A DNA stretch of 64,000 bases from a virus, in the IMG/VR virus record IMGVR_UViG_3300021180_000006, positions 1 to 64,000 of that record; one strand, given 5' to 3'. The stretch's first letter is position 1; each line of letters opens with the position of its first letter. The translations under genes and the position numbers were made by a program. The notes beneath the pieces are model-generated. The model did not search any database. It was not told the origin of the DNA and saw nothing but the letters and a program-made list of their open reading frames with translations. Below, piece after piece: positions 29,485-39,466 of this stretch.

Positions 29485-30088
29485 ATCGGATGATCTCCGT
29501 CGCGAGCGCGAAGCCCGGCGGCGCATTGATGCACTGGCCCTGCGGCGCGCCAGCGGTATCGAACAGGAGAAAATGTTTCGCGAGGCCGAACTGCGACACC
29601 TCGATATCCGGTTGCCGGCGGAATTCCGGGCGCTGGCGGCGCGGCTTCATTCGCTGCTGGACCAGCCGGAATTGATCGCCATTGCCGGCGATCGCGGACG
29701 CGGCAAGACGTGGCTGGGCTGCGGATTGATAAACGCCTTCTGCGATGCCCTGCGCCCGGCCATCTATCGGCGGACAGCGCGATTCTTCGAGGAGCTTTCG
29801 ACCGCAGACTGGTCGGATAAGGAATGGGTCAGACGGAATTACGTGACGCCTGAATTACTGGTGCTGGACGAGGTTCAGGTGCGCGATGCCGATCGGGTTT
29901 GGCAGGACAACGAATTGACGACGTTGATCGACCGCCGCTATGCCCGCTGCTCCGCGACGCTTCTGCTGAGCAACTTCACCCCGGAAATGCTGGCCAACAA
30001 TCTTGGTGAGAGCATTCAGCGCCGGTTGAGCGAATCGGGCGGCACCTGGCCGACGCCGTGGCCCAGGATCAAGGAGATTCTGACGTGA
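29312..30088 (+). CDS. DnaC/IstB-like AAA+ helicase loader
   Basis: Walker A GDRGRGKT, Walker B LLVLDE, LIDRRY, LLSN; start uncertain. Confidence 0.85.
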   Translation: MERSMSSMPEQNRPPPSAENTPAMSPSSSTAMEVNVQRPSLKERLRRLIAQKTERPPESDDLRREREARRRIDALALRRASGIEQEKMFREAELRHLDIRLPAEFRALAARLHSLLDQPELIAIAGDRGRGKTWLGCGLINAFCDALRPAIYRRTARFFEELSTADWSDKEWVRRNYVTPELLVLDEVQVRDADRVWQDNELTTLIDRRYARCSATLLLSNFTPEMLANNLGESIQRRLSESGGTWPTPWPRIKEILT

Positions 30089-30197
30089 TCAACCTTCGGC
30101 GTCGGTTGCGCCGGACCCGCCGGTGCGTGGGAGGCACTCCCGGTCCCAACCGGTGCTCTCCCGCGTACCCGGCGGCGTTTTTGAAAGGAGTCGCCTC

Positions 30198-30455
30198 ATG
30201 CTAGTCCTTTCCCGACAGCGCGACGAGAAGATCATGATCGGCGACGACATCACCATCACGATCGTCGATATCCGTGGCGACAAGGTGCGCCTGGGCATCG
30301 AGGCCCCCAAGCACCTGCCGGTCCATCGCCTGGAGGTGTACCTTGAGATTCAGAGAGAAGAACGTCAACGCCAACGCGATGAACGCCAACAACAATCGTC
30401 CGCGCCTCCGACACCGGCGGATGCGCCGCGCGATCCTCCGTCGGGGAGTCCCTGA
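30198..30455 (+). CDS. csrA: carbon storage regulator CsrA
   Basis: [37 protein letters not shown]...VHRLEV; AAGGAG RBS. Confidence 0.95.
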   Translation: MLVLSRQRDEKIMIGDDITITIVDIRGDKVRLGIEAPKHLPVHRLEVYLEIQREERQRQRDERQQQSSAPPTPADAPRDPPSGSP

Positions 30456-30456
30456 G

Positions 30457-30852
30457 ATGGGCCGGCGCCGCACGCCACACCGTTTCGATCCCGATCTGTT
30501 CAACCGATCCGGTGAACGACTTCCCCGTCCGCTCGATCTGGAGGGCGCGTTCATCTGCCCGCTTCCCAAGAACCCGGCGGAGCAGAAGCAAATCCCGGCG
30601 GTAAAGGCGATCAGGCTGGAGGACAAGCTCTGGGTGGTCGAGAGCGCCGCCTGGCGCAAGGATGGCAGCGTGAAGGCGATCCTGCGAAAGCTCCAGGAGA
30701 GGGGGAGATCAGGGGAGGGGGCGAAAGGGAGAGAAGACGAACCTTGGACCGGGTGCCGGGTGAAGGTCGGGAAGAAGGTGATGGTGATCGGGCCGGTGGG
30801 GGAGAGCAGAAGTGTGGTGTTTTCAAATGCAAAGGAGTCCATCCATGAGTGA
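30457..30852 (+). CDS. hypothetical protein
   Basis: ORF immediately after csrA. Confidence 0.5.
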   Translation: MGRRRTPHRFDPDLFNRSGERLPRPLDLEGAFICPLPKNPAEQKQIPAVKAIRLEDKLWVVESAAWRKDGSVKAILRKLQERGRSGEGAKGREDEPWTGCRVKVGKKVMVIGPVGESRSVVFSNAKESIHE

Positions 30853-31056
30853 ATCCGGATTTGGCCGTCGCCCCAGCAGCGTTGCATCGGGCAATTCCCG
30901 CGCCCGCGCCCTCACCTCGCGGGCCGCGGCGCAGCTCGGCGCGGAGCAGTTCAGCGACCAGAAAACCGACCATGAAGCCCATCCCCGGCGCAAGCCCTAC
31001 GCCCCCGAGGACGTGTTCCGCGTCGAGGGAACGGGAATCCGATTCGTGGTGCCATC

Positions 31057-31293
31057 ATGACGAATTCAGGGATCGCCCCGGCCCACGTGAAACGCGAACG
31101 CGATGCGCGCGGGCTGGAGAATGACACGATCTACCTCACGGAATTCTGGGCAGGCGTCAACCACGACGGGTCGGTCACGATTTGCCGCCAGCGCGAAGGG
31201 GAATCGCACACGGAGCTCATCCACATTCCCCGCCGGGCCTTCGCCAGGATCGTCGAGTGGTATCACAAGCCGCAATCTCGCGCGGAGGACTGA
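31057..31293 (+). CDS. hypothetical protein
   Basis: 78 aa operon ORF. Confidence 0.5.
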   Translation: MTNSGIAPAHVKRERDARGLENDTIYLTEFWAGVNHDGSVTICRQREGESHTELIHIPRRAFARIVEWYHKPQSRAED

Positions 31294-31647
31294 ATGCTCT
31301 ACCGCGAACAGCTCGACTCCCTGCCCTGCGCCCACTGCGGCGAGGTCCATCCCGGTCCGCGCTATCTCCATGCCCAGTGCCATCCCCAAGCCGGCGTCCG
31401 CGTCGTCCTGGTCATGCACAATCAGCGCGCCCGAATCGAGTGCGCCCAGTGCGGACGGGGCGTGGCCGAGATCGGCGTGTCTTTTGCAGGCGCGACGGTG
31501 GCCGTGCTGCCGCAATGTCATCGGCGCTCGCCCCATGAAGCGCGCTACGAGGACGGGACACTGCACGTCGTCTGCCACGTCTGCAAAAGCGAACTGGCCA
31601 AGTTGCCGGTAAGGTCGATTCGGACGCGGGCGCTGGAGGAAACGTGA
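31294..31647 (+). CDS. Cys/His-rich protein with an internal duplication
   Basis: Two LxxxCH...CxxC units. Confidence 0.6.
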   Translation: MLYREQLDSLPCAHCGEVHPGPRYLHAQCHPQAGVRVVLVMHNQRARIECAQCGRGVAEIGVSFAGATVAVLPQCHRRSPHEARYEDGTLHVVCHVCKSELAKLPVRSIRTRALEET

Positions 31648-31867
31648 ACGAGAAGAAATACATCGCGATCGTCATCGGCCTGCGCGTGGAGATCACCAAG
31701 GCGCTGCCGCGCAGGACGAAGAAGCGGTTGACGCGATCGCAGAAGTTCCTGTTGTCGGCCGCCGGGCGGGGCGCGGGCTGCGAGCTGGACGTTTCCCACA
31801 TGGCGGACCTGGCGACGTGTCTGGAGCAGATCGAATCCATCATCCGCCGGGCGCGGGCGACCGTTCG

Positions 31868-32188
31868 ATGACGCCGAAGTATCCCATCCCGCTCGATGAA
31901 GCGCTGCGCCGGCTGGCCGATGGCGATCCCGTGGAATGCATGTTTCAGCCCCATGTCGGCAACGTCAACGAGATTCGGCGCTGCACCCGCCAATTGGCGA
32001 TCCGCACGCTCTCCCGCTGGCGATGGATCGAGGAATCCGGGCCGGAGGCGCAGGCGATGGACTTCGGGATTCACGTCACCGGTTACTTTGAAGTGTTCGG
32101 AGCCGGATTGCTCTTTTTCAAAACGAAACCGGAACGCCGCGTGAGCGAAGCGCGATTACGGGCGCGGGAAGCGGCGGAGGAATCCTGA
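31868..32188 (+). CDS. hypothetical protein
   Basis: Last gene of the + operon. Confidence 0.55.
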   Translation: MTPKYPIPLDEALRRLADGDPVECMFQPHVGNVNEIRRCTRQLAIRTLSRWRWIEESGPEAQAMDFGIHVTGYFEVFGAGLLFFKTKPERRVSEARLRAREAAEES

Positions 32189-32195
32189 ATGCATG

Positions 32196-32225
32196 AAAAA
32201 ACCGGAGCGCCACAAAGCGCCCCGG
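32196..32225 (-). terminator. intrinsic terminator of the late (-) operon at the convergence point
   Basis: Minus-strand RNA CCGGGGCGC-loop-GCGCUCCGG followed by U6. Confidence 0.6.
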
Positions 32226-32280
32226 CGTCTTTCAGGAAACCCCCAACCCCGAATCGGGGGCTGGGAGATGGGATTGTATC

Positions 32281-33549
32281 TCAGGCTGTGGGCTCGGCCA
32301 CCAGAAACGTCCCCCGCTCGATCCACGAATAACCCTCCCCCAGGGCCGTCTGGAGTTGTTCCAGGGTCGGCCAGTCGCCGGCATCGTGATGCACGTGGAA
32401 CTTGCGTCCCTCCCAGCGCTCAGGGAAGTAAATATCGGAGTTGGTCACGATCACCCGCGCCCCCGTTTCGCGCAGGGCGGCCAGCTCCTCCAGCACCGGA
32501 CAGGCCGGCAAGCCGTTCTGAGCCCGGTCGAAATTGGCGTCCAGCAGCACCGTCAGCGCCGTCGGACCCATCGGCGACCCCTCCGGCCCCCGCGGAAAGA
32601 GAAACTTGCGGCTGTCTTGAGACAGGATCACCGCCGCGACGCCAAAAATATTCGCGGCCTCTTGGGCGAGCTTGCCGTCCTGCTCGATCCCTATGACCTC
32701 TTTGAATCCCGCCAGCAATGCCGTCTTGAGGTTGCGCCCTTTGCCGCAGCCGGTTTCGATGAAGGTGTCGGCCAGGAGGGATGAAAGCTCGCGGTCGAAG
32801 CGCAGGCGCGCATCTACACTGCGCCATTTGCCCCCTTTGGACCAGTCGATTTCCGCCCAGCCGTCCTCGCCCTCGAACAGCGGGATGCCTACATCGCGGG
32901 CGAACTGCGCCGCCGATTTGCGGTTGTGCAGCGAGATGGGATGCTTGCGGTGCGTCTCCCACCAGGCCGGGCCGTGATCCTCGTGGTAGACCAGGCGGCG
33001 TGAGATGCCGCCGCGATCGGGGGCGTGACTGTCGCGCTCGATCAGCTTGGTCAGACAGGCGTCGAAGGCTTCGGCGGCGATCAGGAAATCCGGCACCTCG
33101 CGATGGACTCTGCGCCACCAGTGCGGCCGGAAGGCGATCAAGTCCGTGCCTGCGGTCGGATCGTCGAAAGCGAACACATAGGACGGGGGGACGTTGCTGG
33201 CGTCGACGACGTTGATCCGCCCGGAATAACAGGCGTCGTTCTTGCCCTCCGCCATCGTCTGGCGCACCGCTTCGTAGGCGTCGGGAACCAGGCAGGCGTC
33301 GCAGTTGGTCCAGACAACGATCGTTTCCTCGGGTTCGCCCCAGCAGCCATAATCGAAGATGTCTTTCAGGTAGGGAACGCGGCGGGCATCGTCGCCGAAG
33401 GCGCGCCGTGGCGCGATCGGCTTGAGCGTCACCCGTTCTTCGTTGCCCCAGGTCTTGACCGCGTTGTCGTTGCGGCGCCGCTCATCGTCGCTCTTGGGGG
33501 AGTGCTCATGGAAGATGTGAACGATTCGTTCCACGGCTATTCGTTCCAT
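32281..33549 (-). CDS. putative GT-A-like glycosyltransferase fused to a SAM methyltransferase-like domain
   Basis: VWTNCDACL (NxD) N-terminal domain; FIETGCGKG...IGIEQD...LLDA C-terminal domain. Confidence 0.55.
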   Translation of the reverse strand: MERIAVERIVHIFHEHSPKSDDERRRNDNAVKTWGNEERVTLKPIAPRRAFGDDARRVPYLKDIFDYGCWGEPEETIVVWTNCDACLVPDAYEAVRQTMAEGKNDACYSGRINVVDASNVPPSYVFAFDDPTAGTDLIAFRPHWWRRVHREVPDFLIAAEAFDACLTKLIERDSHAPDRGGISRRLVYHEDHGPAWWETHRKHPISLHNRKSAAQFARDVGIPLFEGEDGWAEIDWSKGGKWRSVDARLRFDRELSSLLADTFIETGCGKGRNLKTALLAGFKEVIGIEQDGKLAQEAANIFGVAAVILSQDSRKFLFPRGPEGSPMGPTALTVLLDANFDRAQNGLPACPVLEELAALRETGARVIVTNSDIYFPERWEGRKFHVHHDAGDWPTLEQLQTALGEGYSWIERGTFLVAEPTA

Positions 33550-34820
33550 ACATCGACCCCGTACTGCTGGCGCAACAACTCGATCGCCCGCTCGCCGTGG
33601 AAGCCGAAGGTCAGCCGGCGATCCTCCGGCCAGGGGTGCGGCGGCGGCTGATGACACTCGAAGCTGAACCGCGCCGCCACCGTCACCGGGGCAAAGCGAA
33701 TTCCCGCCGCCTCCATCGTGGTACGGCAGAACACGCAACTGAACCAGTCCTCGCAGTGCTCAGCCGGCGGGACCGGCGTGTCGGGATGCTCCATGCGCCC
33801 GTAGCCGAGTTTCGCTGTCTCCTGAAGGAACCTGCGGCTGCGCAGGGAGAAGCCGCCGTTACCGACGATCCATTGATCCTGCCAGTGCCACGGACTGCCG
33901 ACGTAATCGTAGTCGAGGAACGCCCGGCTCCAGGTCGAGGGATTCCGCGCGAAGCCGTCGCTCTGCACGATCAGGCAGTGCGGCGCGTCGATGAAGCGGT
34001 GCAGCTCCTCGAGAACGAAGCGGGAATAGTCGTAGACGCTGGCGAACGGCTCGATCTTCACATAGGCGGCATCGACGGGCAGCGCCTTCGGGCGCCGCGG
34101 GGCAAGGAACATCACCTTATCGACCTGGCAGTGCCGCAGGGTGCGATTGACCGCGGCGCAGCCCTGCTCGGGATGATTGGTGTCGATGCAAACCAGCGTG
34201 ACCCCGCTCAGGTCGGCCTTGGGGCTGTCCCATCCGCCGGGCCGCAGTTCATCGGGATCGCGCAGGATTCCCGCCGGCCGCTCGCCCAAATCGACCCCCA
34301 GCGTCAAGAGGGCGCGGCGCAGGCTGGAATAGTCGTAGATGATCTGCTCGTAGGTGAGCAGGAGCCAGGGTAGGGGAGGAGGGGGAGAAGGGGAGAGGGG
34401 ACGAGGGGAGGATGGGGACTCGACAAATTCGCTGATTCGGCGCAGGGCCGAGGCGAGGTTGGCCAGTCCCTCCGATTTGTCCTGAACGTACTGGCGGCGC
34501 AACTGCGACTGCACCGTCGATTCGCCTGACCGCAGAAGCACCAATAGCGCGACGGCGTATCCCGCCGCTTCCAGCTCGCCACGCAGCACGGGTAAATCCG
34601 GCCAGCCGCGCTGGTCGCCCACGCCGTAGGGCAGGCTGCGCTTAACGACGATCTGCCGGCCCATCTCCGAGAGCGGAACATCATGGCGCGGGTCGCCGGT
34701 GTTCCACGACTGCCAGCCAGCCGCTTCCAGGAGACGGTTCAAGAGCGTCGAGCCGCTGCCCTCGGGACAGACGATCAGCAGTGCCCGTTTAGTTGCGCCC
34801 GCAAAATGTTCTGTATCCAT
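33537..34820 (-). CDS. P-loop sulfotransferase-like domain fused to a DUF5672-like GT domain
   Basis: CPEGSGSTLLNRLL; HCLIVQSDG...DYDYVGSPW...VGNGGFSLRS...ED...FGFHG. Confidence 0.7.
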   Translation of the reverse strand: MDTEHFAGATKRALLIVCPEGSGSTLLNRLLEAAGWQSWNTGDPRHDVPLSEMGRQIVVKRSLPYGVGDQRGWPDLPVLRGELEAAGYAVALLVLLRSGESTVQSQLRRQYVQDKSEGLANLASALRRISEFVESPSSPRPLSPSPPPPLPWLLLTYEQIIYDYSSLRRALLTLGVDLGERPAGILRDPDELRPGGWDSPKADLSGVTLVCIDTNHPEQGCAAVNRTLRHCQVDKVMFLAPRRPKALPVDAAYVKIEPFASVYDYSRFVLEELHRFIDAPHCLIVQSDGFARNPSTWSRAFLDYDYVGSPWHWQDQWIVGNGGFSLRSRRFLQETAKLGYGRMEHPDTPVPPAEHCEDWFSCVFCRTTMEAAGIRFAPVTVAARFSFECHQPPPHPWPEDRRLTFGFHGERAIELLRQQYGVDVWNE

Positions 34821-35848
34821 GCGAATCCGCCGGGTTGGGCGGCTTCCTCGTAGGTCAGTCTCTCGATCCAGTGCGGGTATCTTCGCGAGGCGCGGAGCGG
34901 GTCATCCAGCACCAGCGCGATGGTGGGGACCTGCGTCACCCGGCCCAGGTGCAGGATGCCGTTGTCGCTGGCGACCAGAACCCCCCCAGACTCCGTCGCG
35001 CGCTCGAACAAACCCAGCAGATCATACATCCGCGGGGCCCGGAACGAGCCCAGGTCGAGCCACAGCAGCGCGGGGAACTGTTTCTGGAGAAAGGCAAATA
35101 GGGCCTCACCGCGGGCGAATCCGGCGGGCCGGCCGGCGCTGCGGAAGTGGGTGCAATTGAACAGGGCCAGGGGAAGGGGAGACGCGGGGGCGTATTTTTC
35201 CACGATCTGCCGCTCCTCGGGATCGCGGCATTCGTGTACGTCCAGCGGCAAGGTGTCGATGAACGACAGCGGGCAGCCGGTCCGGTCCCATTGCACGGTG
35301 ATGAAATCGCGCAGGTCGCGGCGGTCCCAGGCGTTGGTGGTGATCCGCACCTCGTCGAAGCGGCCGAACTCGCCCTCGACGGCGCGGTGGAAAAGCGGCA
35401 TCGGGCCGCCGGTCCAGTCGCAGACGACTTGCTTCATCCACGCGAAGCGCTCGCACATCTGCACATAAGGCTCATCCACCAGCAGCGTGATGCGGCGGTG
35501 GGCCTGTTCGGTGAGCCAGCGAAATGCGGGGATCAGCGTCAGCAGGTCGCCGGCCCGCCCGGGCTGGAGAATCGCAGTCTTGACCGTGGCAACCTCTTCG
35601 CCGCAGCAGCCTTTGCTCCCCGGTGGAGATGGGGCAGGCGGCGCCGGCCAGCTCCAGGAATCTTCGCCGGTGTCCTCGAGCGCTCGGGCGGCCGCGTCGT
35701 ATTTGCCCTTGGGGCATTGGCCGCTTTGGGCGTGGATCGTCAGATCGATGCCATCGACCGTGCAGGCGCAGGCTCCGAAGCAGGGGCGCTGGGCGAATGG
35801 GCAGGTGTGGCAGAGGGACAGGCGATCGTCTTCGGTCTGGGACTTCAT
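34775..35848 (-). CDS. GT9-like (heptosyltransferase-type) glycosyltransferase with Cys-rich N-terminus
   Basis: GRAGDLLTLIP; LVASDNGILHLG...VPTIAL. Confidence 0.65.
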   Translation of the reverse strand: MKSQTEDDRLSLCHTCPFAQRPCFGACACTVDGIDLTIHAQSGQCPKGKYDAAARALEDTGEDSWSWPAPPAPSPPGSKGCCGEEVATVKTAILQPGRAGDLLTLIPAFRWLTEQAHRRITLLVDEPYVQMCERFAWMKQVVCDWTGGPMPLFHRAVEGEFGRFDEVRITTNAWDRRDLRDFITVQWDRTGCPLSFIDTLPLDVHECRDPEERQIVEKYAPASPLPLALFNCTHFRSAGRPAGFARGEALFAFLQKQFPALLWLDLGSFRAPRMYDLLGLFERATESGGVLVASDNGILHLGRVTQVPTIALVLDDPLRASRRYPHWIERLTYEEAAQPGGFAWIQNILRAQLNGHC

Positions 35849-35854
35849 CGCGTA

Positions 35855-36646
35855 CTAGGCGTCCGTCACCACGAATTTACCGCCGAAGAAGCCGCCGGGC
35901 GGAATCGAGAAGCCGCCAAAACCGCCGAAGTTGTCGTTGGGTCCGGTCGGCGGATTATTGGAGACAGCGACGATCGAACCGCCGCAGGGCAGGGGAGGCC
36001 CCAAGGTCATGTAAGGAATGAACGGGGCACCGCTGCCGCCGTAATCTTCGCCAGCGACGATCGCGCCCTGACCGTTGCCGTTGAGCACAGGAGGAATCCC
36101 AATGAGCGGCGCGGCCGGGTTGGTCAGATAGACGATCAGACCGGTGAATCCATCAAAGTCGGGCGATGGCGGAACGATCACCAGCTCAAAGTGGAGCACT
36201 GAGCAGTGGAACTGGAGCACGCCGGAGCATCCGAGCCCGACCCATTGGTCCGATGAAGCCGGGATGTCCAAACCGTAGTAACAAGCGACGGTGGTGCCGA
36301 AGCTGCGATATTGTGCCCGCAGGGTGAGCGTGAAGGTGCCGTTGACGGGTACGGAATTGAAGCGGTAGGAGAAAAGACCGCCGAAGACCGTCCAGCAGGT
36401 TCCCAAGGCTGCGGCAATGTTGACATTGCTGATGGTCAGCGTCTTGGTTGTCTTGTAGCTCCCGGTGCTGCCCGAGCCGCCGATCGAGGGACAGTTGCAA
36501 CAGCAGGGGCACGGTGAGTTGGACGGCGGCAGCGGGCCGGGCGTGAAGGGATAATCGCCCAGCCCCGGATTGCCAGGCACCGTCGCGCCCAGATAGAGCG
36601 CGCCTTTGCTGCCGAACAACCAGCCATCTGCGCCGAACAGGGCCAT
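35855..36646 (-). CDS. putative tail-tip/virion protein
   Basis: Gly/Pro/Cys-rich (CPCCCNC); downstream of the tape measure. Confidence 0.5.
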   Translation of the reverse strand: MALFGADGWLFGSKGALYLGATVPGNPGLGDYPFTPGPLPPSNSPCPCCCNCPSIGGSGSTGSYKTTKTLTISNVNIAAALGTCWTVFGGLFSYRFNSVPVNGTFTLTLRAQYRSFGTTVACYYGLDIPASSDQWVGLGCSGVLQFHCSVLHFELVIVPPSPDFDGFTGLIVYLTNPAAPLIGIPPVLNGNGQGAIVAGEDYGGSGAPFIPYMTLGPPLPCGGSIVAVSNNPPTGPNDNFGGFGGFSIPPGGFFGGKFVVTDA

Positions 36647-36697
36647 GGGAGAGAAGAAGACACGGGGACGGGGAGACGCGGGGACGCGGAGAAGGGA

Positions 36698-37450
36698 TCA
36701 TGAGGATGGCGGGACGCAGGATCCGACATCAATGACCTCGTTCGTAATCAGCAGGTGGGGTTTGAACATATTGGCTTGGGAATCCGGGTAATACAGCCCG
36801 CGCGTCCCCAGGCCGGCGTCGCTGACATGGCCGGGAAAGCGCCAATCGACCGGCACGTTGTCGGCGATTTTCACCCCGTCAAGCGCCGTGATGGTGTAGG
36901 TGAGGGTGGCCGCCACCGGCGGAAGGCTGGTTCCGCGCGAGCCCATGGGATTGCTCAAGGTCACTGGCACGCCCAGCCAGAGCTGCTGGCTTTCGCAGAT
37001 CACCAGCGGGCGGACGGCGAGCGAGGAGCTGGAGCTGGTCTGCCCCGCCAGGTATCCCCAGACGAAGCGGGTGCCGTTGACGTTGAGATCATGGCCCATG
37101 GGGGCGAAATCGTTCTCGTTGATGTTGGCGATCCAGCAGTCGTCGCTGGTGTTGACGTCCTGAAACAGGTTCTCCAGCTTCATGTCCTGCGCCGGATCGA
37201 TGCCGTTGCCGTTGTTGAGCGTTTGCTGTCGGCCCCCGTAAAATCCCCGTCCGCAGCCGGCGCTGGAGGTGATGCGGGCGACGGTCGGATTGAAGACATC
37301 CGATGAGACCGAGCGCGCTTGCCGCTGTTGCATGATGCGGATGCGCTGTCCGTCGTTGACCACGCCGTCGCCGGAGATGGTCGAGACGGTCTGGCGCAGA
37401 TCGCGCAACCACTGGATATCCGCGGCGGTGAGATAGTAGCGGTCGGGCAT
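36698..37450 (-). CDS. putative minor tail protein
   Basis: 250 aa; position in the tail operon. Confidence 0.55.
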   Translation of the reverse strand: MPDRYYLTAADIQWLRDLRQTVSTISGDGVVNDGQRIRIMQQRQARSVSSDVFNPTVARITSSAGCGRGFYGGRQQTLNNGNGIDPAQDMKLENLFQDVNTSDDCWIANINENDFAPMGHDLNVNGTRFVWGYLAGQTSSSSSLAVRPLVICESQQLWLGVPVTLSNPMGSRGTSLPPVAATLTYTITALDGVKIADNVPVDWRFPGHVSDAGLGTRGLYYPDSQANMFKPHLLITNEVIDVGSCVPPSS

Positions 37451-37483
37451 GGGGCGTTAGAATGTGGCCGTTCGGAGTTTGGA

Positions 37484-37693
37484 ATGAAGAAATGCTCGTT
37501 GCCGGCTTTGGAAACTCCATGCGCGCATTGCGGAGGTAAGGGATGGTATTGGCCGGAGGACCGCGATAAGGCGCTGCGTTGCGAGGCTTGCGGGGGCGCG
37601 GGGTATATTCCTACCGGCGATGGCGAGCGAATCCTTGACTTAATGCGCCATTCAGTCCGGGCATGGGTTGAGGATATCCCCCCGGCCGGTTGA
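37484..37693 (+). CDS. anti-TRAP (RtpA)-like zinc-binding protein
   Basis: LETPCAHCGGKG...CEACGGAGYIPTGDGERILDLMRH follows the anti-TRAP pattern; GGAG RBS. Confidence 0.6.
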   Translation: MKKCSLPALETPCAHCGGKGWYWPEDRDKALRCEACGGAGYIPTGDGERILDLMRHSVRAWVEDIPPAG

Positions 37694-38124
37694 CATACTT
37701 CAAGCGATGCGCAGCTTTACGGCGCTGTCTGCCCCGTCGCACGCTCACTTCCGAATACGCGCGATTCCCAAAGGCGCTACTGTGTTTGAAGTATGGGAAC
37801 CATCACACCGGCAGCTTTAACGACCAACGACCCGAGTTTCGCCAAGCGTCGTTGATCGAGCAAAATGGCAAAATGGATCGCCAAAATAAAACTCGTGCCC
37901 TCCCGGCATATACAGAACTTGACGTACTCAGGCGACACGCCGCAAGGGCGGCCGTTGCCGCGGCCGAACTGCTGAAAGATACGGATGGCGAACCGAATCC
38001 GGTGGTTCTTGAGATTGGATCGGAGAGGCTCAAGAGAATCGAAGCGGCGGCGGAAAAACTCCGCGACGAGAGCGTACTTTCCTGGCTTGCCGCAATGAAA
38101 GTGTCCCGTGACGCGGATTGAATC

Positions 38125-38397
38125 TCATTGCTTTTCGTGGGGCGTGAGATGCTCGGTCAACATCGCGTAGTATCCGATCCAAGTCGCGAATAGGTCCAAC
38201 GTCGCGATTGGGTTCCCACGCATGTCCGCCTTCCGCTCTGCCTCAATTTGCTTCGCGCACCGCGCGAGCCTTCGGGCCTCCAAAAGTTCCGTAGCGAGAT
38301 CCCTTACCGCATTATCAACGCCATCGCCGCAGTCTCCCGAAAATCCGACCTTGGCGTATCGTTCCAGGTCTTCGTTATTTATCACGTCGCACATCAC
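38125..38397 (-). CDS. hypothetical protein
   Basis: 90 aa, follows the tail gene. Confidence 0.45.
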   Translation of the reverse strand: MMCDVINNEDLERYAKVGFSGDCGDGVDNAVRDLATELLEARRLARCAKQIEAERKADMRGNPIATLDLFATWIGYYAMLTEHLTPHEKQ

Positions 38398-38400
38398 ACA

Positions 38401-39456
38401 TCATAACAGATTCGCATACGGGATCGGCTTCAAGCGCCGCCAGTGTCCGACATAAATCTGGCCGGTAGGGACCGATGGAGCCTGGAGCGTTTCCCAGAAG
38501 AAGTCCGGCCCTTCCACCATCGGCGTCGGATTGGCGACGGGAGTAGCGAGCTGGTGCCCGACCTTGAAGCTGGCGGTATCCAACGGGAGTCCCGTCTTGT
38601 CGAGATAAACGATCGCTTCCGTGACTCTGGTCGGCGGCTGCTCGCCCACGTAATAAAACGGGGCCATCTGCGGGGTGGGGGCCTCTGTGTCGGGCGTCAT
38701 CGATTGTGCGGGCGTCGATGGTTGGAACCAACCGACCGAGCCCTTGTTGATTTCCCGAACGTCCCAGGCATCGCTCAATCCATCCGGTCCGGTAGCGCTG
38801 AACGTGGGTCGGATTTCAAAGGTCCATCTGACTTTCACGAAATACGCCTGTAGCGAGTATTCGCCGATCGGCACGATGTTTTTAACCCGCGCCTGTCCGG
38901 GCTGCACCGCCGCGTTCATCACCTTGCCCTTGATCACGAAGTTGTCTTTATTCATCGTCCCCATCAGCCGGGTTGCCGCCGCCGGATCGTAAAACGGCTG
39001 GTAGCGCGTGTAGACGAGGTTCATCGTCGGCAGATCGGTCTGCGCCGGCGGATCGTAAGGTTGTCCTGCCGCGGTCTGCACCGGCGTACCCTGGATGGTG
39101 TGGCTGAAATCGACGCTCTGAAGCGCCGGCTCCCAAGCCATCATGGGCGGCTGACTCAGAGGATCGGCGCTGGCTGGCGCTTCGCCGCCATCAGGGACGC
39201 CGTATTCAGCGTGAACCCGGTAGACGGAGTAGAGGGATTTGTCGGCGCTGATGCTCAGACAGCGCAGGGTCGAGGAGAGATTGTGGGGTGCGTTGTAATC
39301 CACCGCGAACTGCGCCGAGCAGGCCGCGATCGCGTCCACCTCGTCGACGGCGTAGGCCACGTCGAACTCGCGGTGGGCGGTCCACTTGAGCAGGTCGACG
39401 TTGAAGTTGAGCCGCTGGTTTTCCCAGCGCTCGCTGGCTTGGGCGATGGTGGACAT
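38401..39456 (-). CDS. putative minor tail/hub protein
   Basis: 351 aa beta-rich, directly after the tape measure. Confidence 0.6.
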   Translation of the reverse strand: MSTIAQASERWENQRLNFNVDLLKWTAHREFDVAYAVDEVDAIAACSAQFAVDYNAPHNLSSTLRCLSISADKSLYSVYRVHAEYGVPDGGEAPASADPLSQPPMMAWEPALQSVDFSHTIQGTPVQTAAGQPYDPPAQTDLPTMNLVYTRYQPFYDPAAATRLMGTMNKDNFVIKGKVMNAAVQPGQARVKNIVPIGEYSLQAYFVKVRWTFEIRPTFSATGPDGLSDAWDVREINKGSVGWFQPSTPAQSMTPDTEAPTPQMAPFYYVGEQPPTRVTEAIVYLDKTGLPLDTASFKVGHQLATPVANPTPMVEGPDFFWETLQAPSVPTGQIYVGHWRRLKPIPYANLL

Positions 39457-39466
39457 GGGAGTTGAG

